DNA of 39,105 nucleotides from Planctomycetota bacterium. GTDB taxonomy: Bacteria; Planctomycetota; JADGBV01. Under the pieces are notes generated by a model. That model had not been told where the DNA came from. It searched no databases and was given only the letters and a program-made list of their open reading frames with translations. The stretch spans positions 1 through 39,105 of the forward strand of contig JADGBV010000002.1 of the NCBI GenBank assembly GCA_015231345.1, given 5' to 3'. Shown here piece by piece: positions 36,077 to 39,105 of the stretch; the first letter of the stretch is position 1; each line of letters begins with the position of its first letter. A program made the position numbers and the translations under genes.

Positions 36077-36135
36077 GCCACAGAGCTCACAGAGAACTCA
36101 GAGAAAAGCTCTGAGGCCTCTGTGAGCTCTGTGGC
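36077..36135. repeat. REP-like palindrome built of 9-nt CACAGAG units
   Basis: GCCACAGAGCTCACAGAG-AA-CTCAGAG-AAAAG-CTCTGAG-GC-CTCTGTGAGCTCTGTGGC: perfect 18-bp plus 7-bp inverted arms. Confidence 0.8.
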
Positions 36136-36270
36136 TAAAGAGATATAAGCCTAGTATGATTCATGTGCAATGATGAAAAATTTCCTGAGTTAAAAAATAA
36201 GATGTCCATAGCAAGTCTTAAAAACGTATATGAAGTCATGATCACGCTTTTGTGTTATATTTAAATTTTC

Positions 36271-37086
36271 ATGAATCATAAATTCTCTCTTATTGAACTA
36301 CTGATTGTGATGGCCATCTTGGCAATCCTTTCATCCTTGCTATCTCAATCATTATCAACAATGAATTACAAGGCAAAAGCTATTGTCTGCACCCAAAAGG
36401 AACACTCCATAAGCGGTGCAATGTCCATGTTTGCTAATGATAATGAAGACCGAATCCCTTCTTCCATTAAAGAACTGACCGAAAACGATGTGACATCTAA
36501 GTGGTTTTCATGGGATGATCGCCTGTTTTTCTATGATGGCCGGGAGGTTGATGCAAAAACATATGGCAACTCATGGGTAAAATATGATCAGTCGAATGCT
36601 GACTTTCATCAATTATACGCATGCCCTATGGACCCGTCATATGAATTCGTAAACGCAGGAGGAAACCCGATTTGTCGTCGATCATATGCTGTTAATGCTG
36701 GAAAAGAGGAGGTTAACAATATGAGCAAGAAAAGGGGGGTAGTGAAAAGTCTATGGAATACAGATAAGTATATAGAAGGATGGTCTATGGAATTCAGCCA
36801 AATATCCGATCCTTCAGACTCGATTCTACTGATTGAACGGAATGACCCCCAGAAATTCCTAGGCTCAAGTTGGGGAGATACTATCGCAGCTAACGAGCTT
36901 CGCGATGGGAGTATCTCTTTAAATCCTCTAAAACATGGCATACCTTACGAGCTCAACTTCGCCATGTGCGATGGAAGTGTAAGGTTCATGAGCTTTTCGG
37001 ATACCAATGGTAGCAGGAGTGATATAAATATGCTTGATTCTGGCTCAAATGATTTTAAGGAAACGATGTGGGATTGCAGGGATTAG
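36271..37086 (+). CDS. Prepilin-type N-terminal methylation domain protein with H-X9-DG-like C-terminal motif (DUF1559-like)
   Basis: K-FSLIELLIVMAILAIL; C..KE..I..A..MF; YACP; SYAVN; KH...NFAMCDGSV. Confidence 0.85.
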   Translation: MNHKFSLIELLIVMAILAILSSLLSQSLSTMNYKAKAIVCTQKEHSISGAMSMFANDNEDRIPSSIKELTENDVTSKWFSWDDRLFFYDGREVDAKTYGNSWVKYDQSNADFHQLYACPMDPSYEFVNAGGNPICRRSYAVNAGKEEVNNMSKKRGVVKSLWNTDKYIEGWSMEFSQISDPSDSILLIERNDPQKFLGSSWGDTIAANELRDGSISLNPLKHGIPYELNFAMCDGSVRFMSFSDTNGSRSDINMLDSGSNDFKETMWDCRD

Positions 37087-37165
37087 GGTCGGTACTTGAA
37101 CGGACCTAATTTATGATTCTCGCTTTAACTTTTTTCCCGTGGCGTCAATACCTAAGGAAGGCACT

Positions 37166-39105
37166 ATGAGCGCGGAAAAGTTTCAAGTCATCTGCCCGAA
37201 CTGTCAAAAGGCTCATTCCGTTGGCCAAGAATTCATAGGCCGAGTAGCCAACTGCAATGCATGCAATACTTCATTTGAACTGAGACTCAAGAAAAAAACT
37301 AAGGATTCTGAGAGGACAAAGCAAAAGGGAAAAAAGCTTGGTTCGCTAAGGTCAAATATAGCGACTGAACAGCAGGCCAAACAGCAGACTAGAAAACGAA
37401 GGCCACAAGGTCGCCCTAGAGATCAAGAATCAAAAGCATCGATGTACCTAGTCATTGCATTTGGGCTTTTGTTATTGGTCGCTGGGGCTGCATACTTGTT
37501 ATCCTCTAGAGATACAGAATCGGAACCTAAAGGTGAAGCTCTCTCTGAGATAAATCAGGAGACTCGGGAGCCAATAACTGCATCAGATGGTGACAGGTCT
37601 TCCCGACTTGGCCAAGAGCCTGAGTGCCAGGCCTCAGATTATCAGCCCTCAGAGCAACAGCCCCTCTCAACCTCAGTGGATCATGTGATAAGAGATGCAA
37701 GGGATACAAGCAAGCCTGAACATAGCTTAGCAAAATCCCCTAGTGCCTATAGCACCGAAAAGAGTGCAATTCTTAAGCTAGATATCTGGGCCCCCGCAGG
37801 AGCTTACGATGAAAGTAGCGAGGCAGGAATCGACACCTTGAAAGCTAAAGGAAGCTATTGGCTCAAATACACCGATTTTGACTTTGGAGAAGGCGCCACC
37901 TACTTTGAAATTGAAATGATGTCCTTAGCTGAAGTCGATTTTGAGATCCGCTTGGGCTCCCCCGAAGGCACTACAATTGCGAGTTATGCATTAGATAAAT
38001 CCAAGAAATGGATTTTACAGCAAGGGCCTCTTAGCCAAAAAATACAGGGAATCCAAGATCTATACTTTGTATTTGAACGCAAGAAAGGAATGTACTACGG
38101 CGTAAGAGACTTCATCTTCAGAAGCGTGGGGCCTGGTTTAAAGCAGCCTTTATCAAAATTTAACACACGGGATTTCGACAGAGAATCCCACCCCGGTAAG
38201 GCACCCATTCAAGCAGGCAAAACGACTCTAGAAGGCATCAAAGATGCTTCCTGGGTCGCATTCTCAAACTTTGATTTTGGCACCAAGTCTAATCATATAG
38301 CTGTAGAAGCAGCTTCTCCCTTTTCTGGAGGGAGAATTGAAGTTATACTAGACTCACTGGAAAGTAAGCCTATTGCTCTCATTGACGTGCAGCATACAGG
38401 GTCGAGGACTCTTTTCTTTCAATACAAGGCTCATTTTGCCAGTAGCGTTGCAGGAAAGCATACGCTATATCTCAAATTTGTGGATTCTTTCAACAATCCC
38501 GAGATGTTCATAACCAGAAACCTGATCGTGTCATATAAAGCCCCAATCGTAAGGGATCAACTCCACCGCAAAGGTCAACTTCATGTTTATCATTCCGTTC
38601 CGGAACTCCCCCCCTCTCCTTACTATAGTTTTAGCATACAAAAGGTTAGCAAACTCGATAACAATAATCCATCCCAAGCTAGCAACTGGGAAAAACCATT
38701 CGCTTGGTTTACGAAATGCAGGACTGATTTAGGAAAAGCTTACTTTGATGGTGCCGTAGGAGACTGGAGTGCGACCTATTGTAATTTTGAATTGGGGCCA
38801 GAGACCCCGGTGGTTATAAAAATCAAAAGACTCAACAAGAAAGGTGCCCCTTCTGGCCCGATAAAATCAGTATCGGCCCGCCCTGTACGCCATATCAAAT
38901 CCTGCGAAATTATCAATGGAGATGTCTATATAACGATGGACAAGCCAGCCTTACTTGTTGTGGATATCGATGGACAAATGGACTCACGAGACGCTCCCCG
39001 AAACTTACAATCCCGCAAGGGACGGGCTGATGCCACCCCTTTTGATAATGAAATGGAAGGAGTCCATAGCATCACAATATTTGCCAATCCTTTTATCGAC
39101 GATAA
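37166..39105 (+). CDS. Partial CDS running off the window: Zn-ribbon + TM + 2x CBM6-like + start of a GH49/GH28-like glycosidase
   Basis: Absent from the ORF track (no stop in the window). My translation from ATG 37166 (AAGGAAGG RBS): CPNC...CNAC, TM MYLVIAFGLLLLVAGAAYLL, WLKYTDFDFG and WVAFSNFDFG (CBM6-like), WSATYCNFE, VHSITIFANPF. Confidence 0.8.
   Translation, partial: MSAEKFQVICPNCQKAHSVGQEFIGRVANCNACNTSFELRLKKKTKDSERTKQKGKKLGSLRSNIATEQQAKQQTRKRRPQGRPRDQESKASMYLVIAFGLLLLVAGAAYLLSSRDTESEPKGEALSEINQETREPITASDGDRSSRLGQEPECQASDYQPSEQQPLSTSVDHVIRDARDTSKPEHSLAKSPSAYSTEKSAILKLDIWAPAGAYDESSEAGIDTLKAKGSYWLKYTDFDFGEGATYFEIEMMSLAEVDFEIRLGSPEGTTIASYALDKSKKWILQQGPLSQKIQGIQDLYFVFERKKGMYYGVRDFIFRSVGPGLKQPLSKFNTRDFDRESHPGKAPIQAGKTTLEGIKDASWVAFSNFDFGTKSNHIAVEAASPFSGGRIEVILDSLESKPIALIDVQHTGSRTLFFQYKAHFASSVAGKHTLYLKFVDSFNNPEMFITRNLIVSYKAPIVRDQLHRKGQLHVYHSVPELPPSPYYSFSIQKVSKLDNNNPSQASNWEKPFAWFTKCRTDLGKAYFDGAVGDWSATYCNFELGPETPVVIKIKRLNKKGAPSGPIKSVSARPVRHIKSCEIINGDVYITMDKPALLVVDIDGQMDSRDAPRNLQSRKGRADATPFDNEMEGVHSITIFANPFIDD

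Overview
Bacterial chromosomal window; a PVC-superphylum marine organism (Planctomycetota/Lentisphaerota-like) is inferred from the sulfatase richness and a prepilin/H-X9-DG-type gene. Left half (1-17.4 kb) is housekeeping, motility and envelope: yjbQ, a periplasmic binding protein + MCP pair, a site-2 protease, flgM with a sigma28-like promoter, ptsN, hpf, aspartokinase, a TolB-like propeller + lipoprotein pair, sppA, a RuvC-like nuclease, tRNA-Asp, nth, a PspF-like activator, an orphan flgC, ddl and pfk. Right half (17.5-39.1 kb) looks like a sulfated-glycan degradation locus. It has six minus-strand sulfatase genes carrying seven Cys-type S1 domains of three sequence types, three of them fused to malectin, CBM6 or Ig-like modules. 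A divergent sensor kinase with a discoidin-like periplasmic region and a NarL/LuxR regulator follow, then a prepilin-like gene and a truncated Zn-ribbon/TM/CBM6/glycosidase-like gene. The most notable signal is a 24-bp palindrome, CAATATGG-N8-CCATATTG, upstream of five of the six sulfatase genes. In four of the five it sits at a fixed distance from a -10-like hexamer, suggesting a self-contained activator regulon run by the adjacent two-component system. All family calls are by eye; no searches were run.
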